From Cycas panzhihuaensis (Eukaryota > Plantae > Cycadophyta), in NCBI GenBank assembly GCA_023213395.1, contig CM041465.1, positions 33,549,741-33,613,740 on the forward strand: 64,000 nucleotides of DNA, written 5' to 3'. The notes below the pieces were generated by a model. It had not been told where the DNA came from and searched no databases. It was given only the letters and a program-made list of their open reading frames with translations. Both the position numbers and the translations under genes were made by a program. Below are positions 51,890 through 64,000 of the stretch, in pieces (positions within the stretch are counted from its first letter, which is position 1; each line of letters starts with the position of its first letter).

Positions 51890-52010
51890 TATGTGTGTGT
51901 GTGTTTTGTGTGTTGAGGCGTACACATATGTGCATGCACACAGGCACATACATACATACATATATATATTTGTGTGTTATACACACATACACACTAACAC
52001 ATACATATAA
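51890..52010. repeat. Mixed (TG)n/(CA)n/(TA)n simple repeats
   Basis: Directly visible. Confidence 0.85.
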
Positions 52011-52099
52011 TTAAATGTTGGCAAAAAATAGATATCATTAAATTATAAATTCAAGATAATACAAAGTGTTGAATAGCTCGAGAGTCAAGTGGATGTACT

Positions 52100-55000
52100 T
52101 GTCCAATCTTTTACATGCAATGCATTCAAAATAGCTATGTTAGAATAAAGATTTTTCTTAAGTTATTTGTGGAGAGAAGCAAAGCAAGCATAATGAGATA
52201 GCCACATTAGAATTTCCTTCCTTATATGTCCAAAGGTTTAATTAAAGGACGGGACTACTTTTTGAAAGTAAGTTGTGGTACGAATTGTCCAAATTTCGTG
52301 TAGTATGGTCTTAAGGAGAAGAAGCCAAAGGTCTATCAAGTGTTGGTGAGTCGCTAACCAATCGTATGCCATTGCCCAACTCCTCTTAATTAATCAGGAA
52401 TGAAGAGGCAAATGACCATTACAAATTTTGGTGAAGCTTTGATCCTGATTAAAAATCTGGAAGGCAATATACTAAATGACCTGGATTAGAGGCCATTGCC
52501 AGCAAATGTGATCAAAGTTGTCATTTTGAGCACCACATACTAGATAGCAAGATTGGCAACTTATATTCCACTGATTCCACATGTCCTAGAAAATGAAAGC
52601 CTTGTGCAGGATCCTCCAATGAAGCACATTGTATTTGGGTTGTGCTTGTTTCCACCATATCCACCCCCATTTAGCTTGAAGTTGGGTGTGTTGATATTGT
52701 TGACTATGTAATGGGTAATAGAATTCTATGGGCTTGAAAACTCGACCCCTAGAAAGGAATATGAGTCCTTCCTCCTCCTCTAATTCCTTAGAGGCGGTAA
52801 GAGGGTCCACTTGCCGCATAAAAAGGTTGAATCTATCAGCCAATTGTAGGAGTAGAGGTTCAGGCTGAGAGTTAAGCTCCATCAAGAGTTCAACAAAATC
52901 TTTCCAACAAAGTTGACTGAAATTGTGGAACCAAGCCATAGTGTGCCAATTGTGAGTGCTAAAGAACTAAGCTAAGGGTACAAACTCTTCTTGACTAACT
53001 AGTGAGGGGAAACTTGGAGGCAACCACTTGTCGATCCAAAAGTTAACTTGAAGGCCTATCGATCCTAGAAAACAAATAGTATTGTAGTGGAGATTGTCCC
53101 AAGTTGTTATCATTTGATTCCAGATAATAGAGCTTTTATAAAAGTAGTTTGAAGCAGCTAGTTGTTGTTTTGCAGAAAATGCAAAATAGTACTTTCTTCT
53201 GATAATATATGCCCATTTATCATTCTCTCTATTCCGAAGGTCCCATAACCGCTTAACTCCTCTCACCTTTGCCATGATAAAAGGGTCTTTGAGGCCAAGG
53301 CCATCTTGACCCTTGTGATCTGAAACCATGCTCCATTTCACAGGGCAGAAGGTCTTCTTTTCAGCTGACCACAGTTTCTGGAGAAATCTTATGAATAGAC
53401 TCTGGGTTGCAGATAACACTATTTTAGGTGCTTGAATGATGGACATTTAAGTAATTTGGCATTTGGGATAGGGTCAATTCTATTAAGCTGCGTCAGCTTG
53501 CTAAGTTTAGAGTTCTGATTGGCCATGCATCTAGCTTCTTCTTGATTTTCAGGATGTAGGGGCACCAATAAGAAATTTTTAATCTAAAAAGGCCCATAGG
53601 GATGCCTAAATATTTGAAAATTGTGGATCTAGGAGTGATTGGGACTCCAAGAATAGTTGCCAAAGTGGATTGAGCCTCTATATCCACCTCATAGAAAATG
53701 ATGCTAGATTTACTATAATTGATTGTCATCCTAATGGCAAGCCCAAAAACACTAAGCGCTTGGCTCTAGACACTAATTTCTACTTGCGAAGGATGACCCA
53801 ACAAAATGGTATCATTTGCGAATATCCGATGCCTTGTGGTCTCTATTCCATCAATAGATATCCCTTGGAGGAGACCTACTAATTGGAGCCATACTAATAG
53901 GGAAGAGAGACCTTCCATAGTGATCGCGAAGAGATAAGGAGATATAGGGCAGCCCTGGTGAATTCCTCTACTCATATAGATAAAGCTATCGATTGATCCA
54001 TTGATTTTTATGGCCATAGAAACCGAAGAAATCATGGCTTTGATCCAGTTGATATGTTATAGTTGTAAGCCCTTTCAAGAAAGAATGGCAAAAAGGAAGT
54101 CCCATTCCACCATGTCATATGCTTTATTGATGTCCAATTTGAGCAAAGCAGCTTGTTGCTTTTTTGTACATATGGTATGGAGAGCCTTAACAATCACAGT
54201 AATGCTATCTGCTATGTGTTGGCCTCTTATAAAGGCAGTTTGATTTTCATTAACAACTTGCAGGAGGAACTCTTTAAGTTGGTTGGATAAAACTTTAGGT
54301 ATTATCTTATATGAGGTGTTACAGAGACTTATGGGTCTCCATTGGTGGATGGTGGATGGAGTGCCACTTTTTGGAATCAAGGACCCCATAGTTGTGTTGA
54401 TGGCTGGGTGCATTCTACCTGTCCGATGAACCTCTTCCACAACTTCAGCTAGGAGCTAAGACATTTCATCAAACTGTATGGCTAATAGGAGCTCAACAGG
54501 GATTCCATCTAGGCTGGGTGACTTGCCTTTGGGAAGCTTCATCACAATTTTGTGAATCTCCTCCTTGGTAATCGATCTATTGAGATTATCATTGAGATTT
54601 CTACAATATTTCTCTAGAATTGGGTTTACTTTGGATAGAATAATTTGAGCAACTCTAACCTTAGAGGCCGAGAAACCCTGAGTGGTCCATAATCTGTCAA
54701 AATGATGGAGAAACTTAGCTTGAATTTTGTGGAACGAGTATGCAACCTCTACAGGAGAAACCTAAAGGCACTTAAGCGACCATTGATGTTGCATTGCTTT
54801 AGCATAGTGGTTGAAGAATTTTGAATTCTGATTTGCATTAAGTCTCCATTGAATATTTGACCATGTTTTCCATTTTTCAGCTTCTTGATTTTGCATAAGA
54901 AGAAATTGATTATTTAAATCAATGAGATTCGAATGAAGGTCAAGTGATCCTTTTCCCCTGTTCAAAAACCTTTTGCATGTCCCAAATAGAGACCAACAAG

Positions 55001-55981
55001 GACTCCCTTTGTTCCTGAAATTTACGTTTGTGATCTTTGCTAAAAATCTTAATGGGGATTTCAGTCCCCTCATAATCGTTGTCCACTAATCACTAGGGCT
55101 ATGTAAATTTTCTGAACTAGTATACAGTTCTTTCCACCATTGTTGTAGGGTTGTCCTAAAGTTATCCAACTTGAGTAAATTTATGTTGAGTTTAAAAACT
55201 GTCTTCACTATAGTAGAAGGATCAGTGCCAATTGCAAGTTGGATTTTAATGGGGACACCATTAGATAACACAATCGCATTCACCAAAATGTATTGGTATG
55301 GGGTAATGAGATGGCTGAGTGAGTTTGATATATAAACTCTATCCAATATTTCAGTTATGCGGCTGCTACCCTGACGATTGTTGGTCCATGTAAACTTAAG
55401 AGGCCCCTTCCAAGGTAGTTCAGAAAGACCCAAGTCATCTTTGAGTCCAGTGAATGTTAAATTGTCCTTTTGATAAGGTCTTCTAAAATTACCACCTGAA
55501 TTGTCATTAGGGTATTCCACAAAATTAAAATCCCCTAATAGTACTATATGGTCATACTCATCCTAATAGTTATGTAGAGCACTTGCCAAAAGTTGCCACA
55601 AGTCATGTCTGACATGAGCATCAGTAGAGGCGTAGACTCCAATGACCCAACAAACAAATTGATCCTTTTCTATTTTTAAACATAGCCAACCTTGAAAAGG
55701 GCTTACAATATACTGAAGCATTTTCCATTGATTGTTCCATAAAATACATAGTACTCCGATGGGTCGGTCTGGAATGATTGCTTTCCATTGAGTTGATGGC
55801 CATATACCTCGAGTTATGTGTTGCATGTCATTGTCAAACACAATATGAGTTTCCATGAGAACCAAAAAATAAGGATGATGATGTTGAACTATACATTTTA
55901 ATTCTAGGTGTTTGCGAAGGTGGGGGGGGGACCTATACCCCTAATGTTCTAAGTTATTGCTAAAAAATTATTTCTGTCCAT
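52100..55981 (-). pseudogene. LINE ORF2: APE endonuclease, RT, zf-RVT
   Basis: *NIRG, LMET, GDFN, FTWTN..LDRVY, KSPSLDG, WRPISLCNTSYKII, LDINKAYDMVEW, QGCPISPYLF, FANDT, KYLGIP, FWIDKW. Confidence 0.93.
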
Positions 55982-55999
55982 TTGGTTGGGAAGAATTGA

Positions 56000-57135
56000 A
56001 CCGACCTAAAGATTTGAGTCAAGTATAGTGTGACGTTTCTTCATTGTTAGGCGCATGTTGTTGAGTTTGATAAACATTCACATTTGAGGATCTTAACCAT
56101 TGAATTTTTGAAACATGATTTGGGGAATTTGCTTCCTCCATAAGCAAGTCGTCTGGATCATCTCGAGGATACCCAAAGCTAGGCACTATAGCAACCTCAG
56201 ATCTTTGTCCTTGGATTGATGAAGTAGCCTTCAATCTTCTTTTGAGTTGATCTCTAGAGTCATTGGAGCCTGGGTCTAGAAGCTAAGTACTTGTGAGGTG
56301 GCCTTTGCCTTTGTTTAATAGACGACTAGTTACAAGCGCCCACCTTTCTTCTTCTCTAGCATGAGGCGAGGCTATATGTTGATAATGGGCAGCTATTTCT
56401 GTGTGGGGTTTCAAAGTTTCCTCAATATTAATGGGGTTGTTTCCTGTCGATTGTTCCTTCTCCCTATTTGCCTTATTGGTATTTGGTTGGATGGGTGGCC
56501 TTTGGTCTGGAATGACTTCATCTTTCCAAGGGTCTAAATTAGGAGGTGTCTAAAATAGGTGAAAATTTGCGCACATACCCAATATTATGGCAAGTTGTGC
56601 ATATGAAAGGAACTCTTTCATAATCCAAGTTAATTTTTATTGACATATCTACAACTTTAATAAATAGGTGTGTTCTTTGAGCAGTTTAGTCATATCAAGC
56701 TTAACACACACTTTTGCCACCCCTAGTAGTGTGATCTAGAGTGTTTGGGTCTAGTTTGATAACTTTACCCAGCATATAACTTATTTTAATTAACTATTCT
56801 CACTCTCTAAATTCATCAGGTAAGAATGGTAGTCATATCCAAACTGGGATTTTCAGAGGCCCGAGGTTGCTCAGATCAAACATGGGGAACCAACGTTGAA
56901 GAGTTAGACTCGAGTTTTGCATGAGCTAAGGACCTCCATATAATACCTTTTCCACATCTATTGTATTTGAAAAGAAAATGTTAAAAAAACCTTTCCCTTT
57001 TAGTTCAAAGGCAACCTTGCCCAAAAGAATGGGGGCCTATATCACTTTTGCTCATTCTTTAAGGGACCATGTGGGAGGGTAAAGATTGTTGAATTTGCCA
57101 ATGAGTGTTTTAGCCCGGAGTTCCATGTAGATGCT
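56000..57135 (-). pseudogene. LINE ORF1 (DUF4283-type)
   Basis: TLIGKF...GKGFFNIFF..GGP*..LQRWFP.FD..IPVWI*LPFLP; AKVCVKLDM. Confidence 0.85.
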
Positions 57136-58222
57136 TGATCCGAATTTGAATGGAAAAGTGAAGACTTAGTCCAATTGAAACAAATTCATGAACAATATAC
57201 AATATGTTACATTATATTTGAAAATATTTTGATTTTCTTACAAAATTCCGTTATTTTTTCACTCTATTATGCATAGACAGGACTGCTACGGCAATTTGAA
57301 AGTGGAGGACTATGTGCTGGGCGCATTTTGGGCTGCTGCGCACTCTCTAGTACCTCTACCAATGATTCCCATATGGAGATTTGGCTATTGTTCAATCACA
57401 AACCCTTTTCTGGAGAAGACTTCTGCCTGGGCATTTTCTACTACGGCTGGTTTTCCTCCTCTGTTGGCTGCGTTTGAGTCTTCCTTGGATTCTCCAATGC
57501 TTCACAGATGAATCCAGGTAGTTTCTAATGCCTCGCGGACGAATCTGTGCAGTTTCTAATACCTCATGGGCAAATCTTTCTCTATTGCACCTCTATTTCT
57601 CCTCTGTTCCTTGCGACTCACGAATTTAGAGCAAAGTTACATTTTAGGCGGCTATTTAGAGCTTTCTCCCCATATTTCTTGCTCCTCCACTGCGTCCACA
57701 ATTGTTGGGCATCCTTCCCTTGATTTCTGGACAGATTTGGGCAGATTTAAAACCTTGCCATGTCTGTTCCATTTCCAAAAACGGTTTCTTCATTCTAGTT
57801 TTTCAACCTGCATTTTGATCGGTTGAAAAACTAATTTAAATCCATTTAATCTATGGTTTCTTTCTTCTATTAAGAAGAGGACACATGTACGATCGTCCTC
57901 CTAAATTTTCGTGCCAAACAGAATCTTTTTCCTCTGTCAAAAATCCATTTTTCCCTTCATCTGTCATTTTTAGGTCGCACCTAAGTTGGGTCTAGTCGCA
58001 CCGACTAGTGATCTGGTCGCATTGCCTGGTGGCCTGGTCGCATTGAGTGGTTGTATCGACTGCTGGACAAGTTGTACCAGAATGCATTTTTTTCAAATTT
58101 TAAGAGTCTAAATAACATTTTTTGATCAAACAAAGGTTGGAAACATGAAGATGAATATTATTAGATGTTTTTATACTCATTTCTGAAGATCATTTTGGAT
58201 TATTAGATCTGAAATCGGGTCA
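57136..58222 (-). repeat. H 3' LTR (~1.09 kb)
   Basis: Imperfect 11-bp inverted termini; bounded by the PPT and by LINE ORF1. Confidence 0.8.
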
Positions 58223-58260
58223 GAATTCCCCCTTTTTAGGAGTTCATAGCCTCGTGAACC

Positions 58261-61200
58261 TTATAAATGTAGGTGAGGGAATTTGATTTTTCCCTTCTCC
58301 CTGCTATACCATTTTGTTTTGCTGGGCACTTGTCCTTTCTCTGCAATCCTGAAGGACTCAATTGTGCTTCTTCTGGTCTTGGTCTTCTTTCTTTGAAGAA
58401 TACAATTATTTTGCATTTGTTCTTCTTTTTCCACTCGCAACTCTTCCGGATTTGGCAAAAGTGAAACTTCGTCTTCATCTTCATCTAACATGGATGGCTC
58501 AAACATATTCGGATTCTCAACATTCACAACCAAATACATCTTCTTGAATTCTAGAAGTTCAAGCTGAAAAGCATTTTCTCCAATCTTTTTCAAGATTATA
58601 AAAGGACCATAACGTATAGGCTTTAGTTTTTTGCCTTCACCTTGCAATGTTTTCTTGCTGAGATGCAGCCAAACTCTATTTCCTTCCTTGAAGGAATGGC
58701 TGGTTCTATGTGCATCATGTCTTTGTTTATATCTCTGCTGAGATTTCTGAAGCTGCTCCTCAACCTGTTGATGAATTTTCTCGATTCTTTTCAAGAATCT
58801 TTGTGTCTTCTCTTGTCCTTCTCTCTCCTTTCCATTTCCTGCAAAAAGTTGGACTTAAAATTCTAAATCAATGAACTTGTAGGTAGAAATGGTGGCTGGA
58901 TTACAATGGTGAAAGTTGAATGTATGGATTGCTCTGTTGAAGGCAAATTGCAGGTATGGGAGACTTTCATTTGAAGTCTTAGGATACTTGGCATTGTATC
59001 ACTAACGTGGCTAAAATGCACTTTAGTTTGATGACTTTAGTTTGGCCATCTGTTTGAGGATGAAAGGTCGTGCTCATCTCTAGTTTTGTGTCCATCATTC
59101 TTCAAAGAGTTTGCCAAAAATGACTTAAAAATCTGCTGTCTCGATTAGAAATGATTACGTTGGGAAGCCTAAAATGCTTCTAAACATGCTAGAAAAATAA
59201 TCTAGCCATGTCTTTTGTAATAATGTGTCTGGAAAATCAACACCATCATTTTCTTGAAATCCATGATAACAAATAAATAATCCATATTTTTTGGTCCATG
59301 GTAGTCCTCCAAGGAAATCCATGGAGATACTCATGGTTGTGATGGAACAAAGGAGTATATAATCCAAACTTCCTATTGGCTAGCTTTGATGTGCTTCAAA
59401 CATGTACATGTTATCCTTATTGTAGTCACGTTATGTAGTGCATATTGACAATACATATAATGTTTTTCCCACTCCAAAGTGTCCTGCAACTTGAGAGGTG
59501 TTAGCTTCTCTTACCCACTTCATTTGGTTTGCATGCTTTGAAATGCAAAGCTTGTCATGCTTGAAAAGTAGGCCATCTTTTGGCTGAAAATTAACAATTA
59601 TGTTTCCTTGTTGTAGTTGCTCCAAGATATGTTTAAATGCCTTATCTTGAACAACAAATTCATATTCAAAAATTGGCAAATTGCTGAAAATTCAAATTAA
59701 AATACCTTGTTGTTGATGAGGTTTGGATATGCAATTTTTGTTTGATGTGCTTTTCTTTGTATGTTTCTTGTATTTAACCTGGTGATAGCTGCTGCAAATA
59801 GGACATCCACTTCATGTGCCTAGCCTATTGCAATTTGTACTATGTCTGCAAGAATTATAAAGGCTTATAGTCAGTGTGGATGACCAGCTCGTTTCCCAAC
59901 AAGTAGGGTCTCCAATGCTTAACTGCTTGGTGCAATGCATAGAGCTCCTTATCGTAAGTTGGGTAATTTATGACAGCTCCATTAAATGTCTCTGAATGGT
60001 ATGCTATCGGTCTTCCCTCTTGCTTCAACACTGTTCTATGGCATAACCTAAAGCATCGGTCTCCAACTGAAATGGTTTCTGCAATGAGAATAAGGCTAAC
60101 ATTGGTGCCTCACAAATTTTCTGCTTCAAAAGCTTAAAAGCTTTCTCTTATTCATTCTCCCAGTGAAACTTTGCATGTCCGCCTGTCAATGCATGAAGAG
60201 GTGCTGCAATTTGAGAGAATCTAAAAATAAAACTTCTTACCTCCATAATTGTTTTGGGTGTGGGCCAATTGAGAATGACTGTAATCTTTGCTAGGTTAAT
60301 CTTCAATTCTCCTTTTCCAACTATAAAACCCAAGAAGACGAGAGATTGCTTTCTAAACTCGTACTTCTTCAAGTTAAGTTTCAACTACCGCTTTTGAAGA
60401 ACTTTGAACACTTGCTCAACATGTTGGAGGTGATCCTCCCAAGTGTGACTGAAAATCAGAATATCATCCAAATAGACAATAACATAGTCATCAATGAAAG
60501 GTCTTAATACCTCATTCATCAACCTCGTGAAGGTGGCAGGTGCATTGCATAAACCAAAAGGCATCACCATCCATTCGAACAACCCTTGCTTCGATTTGAA
60601 GGTTGTCTTCCAACTATCCTCCTCTCAGTTTCAAACCTGATGGTAGCTTGATTTCAGGTCCAACTTGCTGAAATATTGTGTGGACTGTAGCTAGTCCAAC
60701 AAGTCATCTATTCGGGGTAGGGAATGTCGATTATTTATTGTGAGCTTGTTCAAAGCTCGGTAGTCAATGCACATTCTCCATCCTCCAAATCTTTCTTCAG
60801 CACCAAAACAATAGGTGAACTGCAAGGGGAATGACCCAGCTTGATCACTTCTTGTTCCAAGAGTTTTTGAATCTGCTTCTTAATCTCTTCATTCTCCAAA
60901 ATTTAGTTTTGATAGAGACTAAGGTTGGGCAAAAGTGAATCGACAACCAACTAGATTTCATGTTCAATTGCCCTCTTAAGGGGCAACCCTTTTGGCTCCT
61001 GGAATACGTCATTATACCTATTCCTTAGGCCTTCAATCTGCTGCAATTGTTTCCTATCCAACGCCTGCATTGAGGACTCTATTTGCTCCCTTTCTTTCAC
61101 CTTCTGCTTCACCATCAAGAGCACAAATTTTCCACAAGCATTAATCAACCTTTTCGCTTGTTGGGAGGATATGAGGGAGTTCTTCCTTTGTGGCTTTGAT

Positions 61201-61500
61201 GCATTGATCAAATACGATTTCTTGTCCTTGATGAGTCAAATATTTTTTAGCCTCCTATGATGGACTTCATCTCTATCATAGAGATATGGGCTGCCAAACA
61301 CAACTTGACAAACGTCCAAAGGAACTGCTTTGCATTCAACTTCATCAATGAACTTACATTTGAACTTGCAAATTGCAAATTTGAACTTACGCTGGTGAGT
61401 AACCTAAAACTCTGAATCTTTTTGCAACCATCCAAGAGGATATCGTTTTGGATATGCATGCATTTTTAATCCCAACTTTTTCACCAACGCTTTTGAGATT
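58261..61500 (-). pseudogene. pol: H pol (PR remnant, RT, RH, INT, chromodomain-like C-terminus)
   Basis: ORF fragments 60385-60582, 60148-60384, 59431-59679 and 58261-58794. Confidence 0.9.
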
Positions 61501-61503
61501 AAT

Positions 61504-64000
61504 AACACATATGCCATAAGAGCTATGTTCACTTGATCAGAAGGTCAAAATTTTGAATTTCACTTTCCTTCAGATTTAGATAAAATTTTTTTAGCATTAT
61601 CCATAGTTTTTAAATATTATTTTGGAAGTTATTTTTTTAAAGATAAAGGTGAAGAAATTGTCGATTTCTCTATTTTTAACTTCAATTATATTTTTGGCTT
61701 CTATTCATATTTAAATTCTAAAACTAAAAGGATTTTAACTCTATTATTTTACCAATATCAAATGCTTCATATTCAGATTGAATAAGATCATGTGAAGAAC
61801 TGTATCCAAGCAACTTCTTAACTTTAACTAAACCAACATCTGGACTCTTGTCATCATGGAAGATTACATCACAAGTTATACAGACTTTTCGAGTTGATAA
61901 CACATATACCCAATATGCTTTGATTTAATTGAAGTATTAAAAAAATGTAATACTTCATACTTTTATTATTCGATTTTTATCATTTCTCCTTGGGGGTATG
62001 TATATACTATGAACACCAAAAAATTCTCAAATGATAAATAGTTGGCTTCTTATCTAACCAAGCCTCCTTAGGTATTATATTCTTAATAACCCTCATAGTG
62101 CTTTTATTCATCAAACATGTAGTTATGCTCATAGCTTCTACCCATAAAAGATCTATTACATCATTGTCATCCATCATAGACTTGGATTTTTTAGCCAAAA
62201 TTTTATTCATTCACTTAACAATTTTATTTTGTTAAGGCATATAAGCAGTAGCAAACTACCTCCTAATTCTATGATCTTTGCAAAATTGATTAAATTCCTT
62301 CAAACTGCACCCTCCACCATTGTCAGTTTATAAGATATTAATCTTGAGTCCTCCTTTATTCTTTACCAACTCCTTAATTTGTTTAAAGCAAGTAAATGTT
62401 TGAGATTTTTCCCTTAATTGAAAAACCCATGCTTTTCATAAAAAGTCATCAATGAAAGTGATGAAATATCTTGCTCCACTAAGTGAGATGATATATATTG
62501 GTCTACAAACATTTAAGTAAAGCAATCCTAACCTTTCTCTGGCTATGCATACTTTCTTCTTAAAAAATGGCTTATTGTATTATTTCCCAAAAATACAGGG
62601 TCTATATAAACAACTTTCAACATTTATCAATGGAAGATTGTATATCATTTTTAACTTATGGATAAATTAAGATTATAGTAGCTCAAATAACATATTCTTT
62701 CATGCCATAATTTTTTTAAGAGATACAACAAGAAATGCTTTTTATACTTTAGAGTGTCCTTATAATTTATATAGATTATTATCTTTAAGCCCTTTAGTCA
62801 TAATCTTGTTTTGTTTATATCAAACTGTGCACTATCTTCAAGTAAGTGTTACAATCATATCTTATTGTTTAATTTCACCTACAGAAACAAGATATTCCTT
62901 TAGATTAGGTACATATAAAATCTTATCCAAATACTATTGTTCACTATTTAGCATGATAAATGGTACTTTTTTAACTATAGTGGTCTCTAGATTAGTGTTG
63001 TATCTAATGGTGACACTTTAATTCACCTCCCATATCTAATCCAACTAATCTAATCTTCTAGTCATGTGTCTTTATACATCTGGATTAATAAACCATACAT
63101 CTTATACATTAGACCTTATTTTATATATCATAATAAACAAACACTTTAAATTCTTAGTAGGTGTGTTGTCTGCTATATTTGTAATATGATCATATTGTTT
63201 ATATGGTCATTATTGTTATTATTATTACTTCTATTGTTAGGGTTGCTTATGAGGTTGTTATGAATAGTGTTGTTATTACCATTCATAATAATCCTTTTTT
63301 ATATGTCTTAACTTCCCATAATGATAACATTTTGACCTATATTATCCCTTTGAACCTCCTAGTTTATGCTTTTGAACTATTGGTTTAGAAAACATGTTCT
63401 TCTTTAGAATATAAGGTTTTATCCCTTTCGATCTAGATGCCAATGCTCTAAATGATTCATCGTGTATTTGTTATAGTTTCTTCTCACATTCTATAAGTAA
63501 TGATTCCAAAGAACCAAATATCAGAGTGGATAATTTGTTAGAGTATCAATGTGGTAGAAAACTTTTCATGCTAGAGTGGTAGACTCCTTAGAATGCAGGC
63601 TATGATTTCTAAATCAGGTACGATCTCATCTTTGATCATTAGTTGATCTTTTAAAGATCTCATAATTCTCATGTATTCCATCATAATGCTTACCATATTT
63701 AAACTATACAATTGACTTTGTAGGTTTAGGACTTTTATATCATCTTTATATTCATATAGGTTCATAATTGTGTCCCATATCTACTTTGGTATAAATGCAC
63801 TCTTAATATTCAATATGATGCTCCCACTAATTGACATACCAAGAAAACCAAATATTATTTGCATTTTAAATTGATATTCAACATCCAAGTTTAATTTGCC
63901 TTTGAAAACAATGATTTTAGTTGGATATTTTTCTATGATAAAATTATCAACACATTTCTAAAGATGATTTAAATATAAGAAACTAAATGTGTGATGTTTC
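61504..64000 (-). mobile_element. Element I: old AT-eroded Copia fragment (gag, PR, INT), truncated just before RT
   Basis: IWDTIMNLYE..LNLQSQLYSL..ILRSLP; WFINPD..RHMT; YFITFIDDF; LWVEAM..PKEAWLDKKP.IYHLRIF; ends VNIALMAYVL. Confidence 0.85.

Larger units (their letters stand above)
52050..57135 (-). mobile_element. L1-clade LINE, near full length, 5' end interrupted by H
   Basis: ORF1 and ORF2 motifs in the expected order; the 3' boundary is approximate and no clear poly(A) is visible. Confidence 0.92.
57136..61503 (-). mobile_element. Element H: CRM-like chromoviral Gypsy (3' LTR plus pol), 5' part lost
   Basis: LTR 57136-58222 (TGATCCGAATT...AAATCGGGTCA); PPT AAAAAGGGGGAATTC; [54 protein letters not shown]. 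Confidence 0.9.

Noticed and set aside
47600-52000. miRNA, TAS3, snRNA or telomerase RNA locus
   Set aside because: No conserved mature miRNA, miR390 site, USE/TATA pair or telomere template recognised by eye.
57269-57826. ORFs of 80 and 86 aa
   Set aside because: They lie inside the H LTR and show no domain features.

Overview
AT-rich, repeat-dense plant nuclear DNA. A large-genome non-angiosperm such as a gymnosperm or lycophyte/fern is my inference from the element types; the species cannot be determined. Roughly 90% of the window is a nested, mostly decayed retrotransposon stack, and element letters are my labels. A non-chromoviral Ty3/Gypsy (A, 1617-~29870, +) carries four insertions: a non-autonomous Copia-derived element at the window start (1-1616), its relative B (6212-10477), and two full-length Copia elements C (13902-21736) and D (21809-29021). 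A is fused by deletion to a Tekay-like chromovirus E. E contains a near-complete tRNA-Glu-primed Gypsy F (32478-42323). Next come a minus-strand LTR fragment J and a 5'-truncated relative of A (G, ~44281-47484). A ~4 kb non-TE island follows, with splice signals and a disrupted response-regulator-like peptide, then an L1-type LINE, a CRM-like Gypsy H and an old Copia I. No intact host gene, rRNA, tRNA or CRISPR array was found. Top leads: (1) three homologous plant-mobile-domain-like accessory ORFs, each preceded by a spacer rich in a short motif, a candidate anti-silencing module; (2) a second capsid-like domain between protease and RT in A; (3) a Gag-only non-autonomous family with a conserved novel C-terminal tail. 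All alignments and counts were done by eye.
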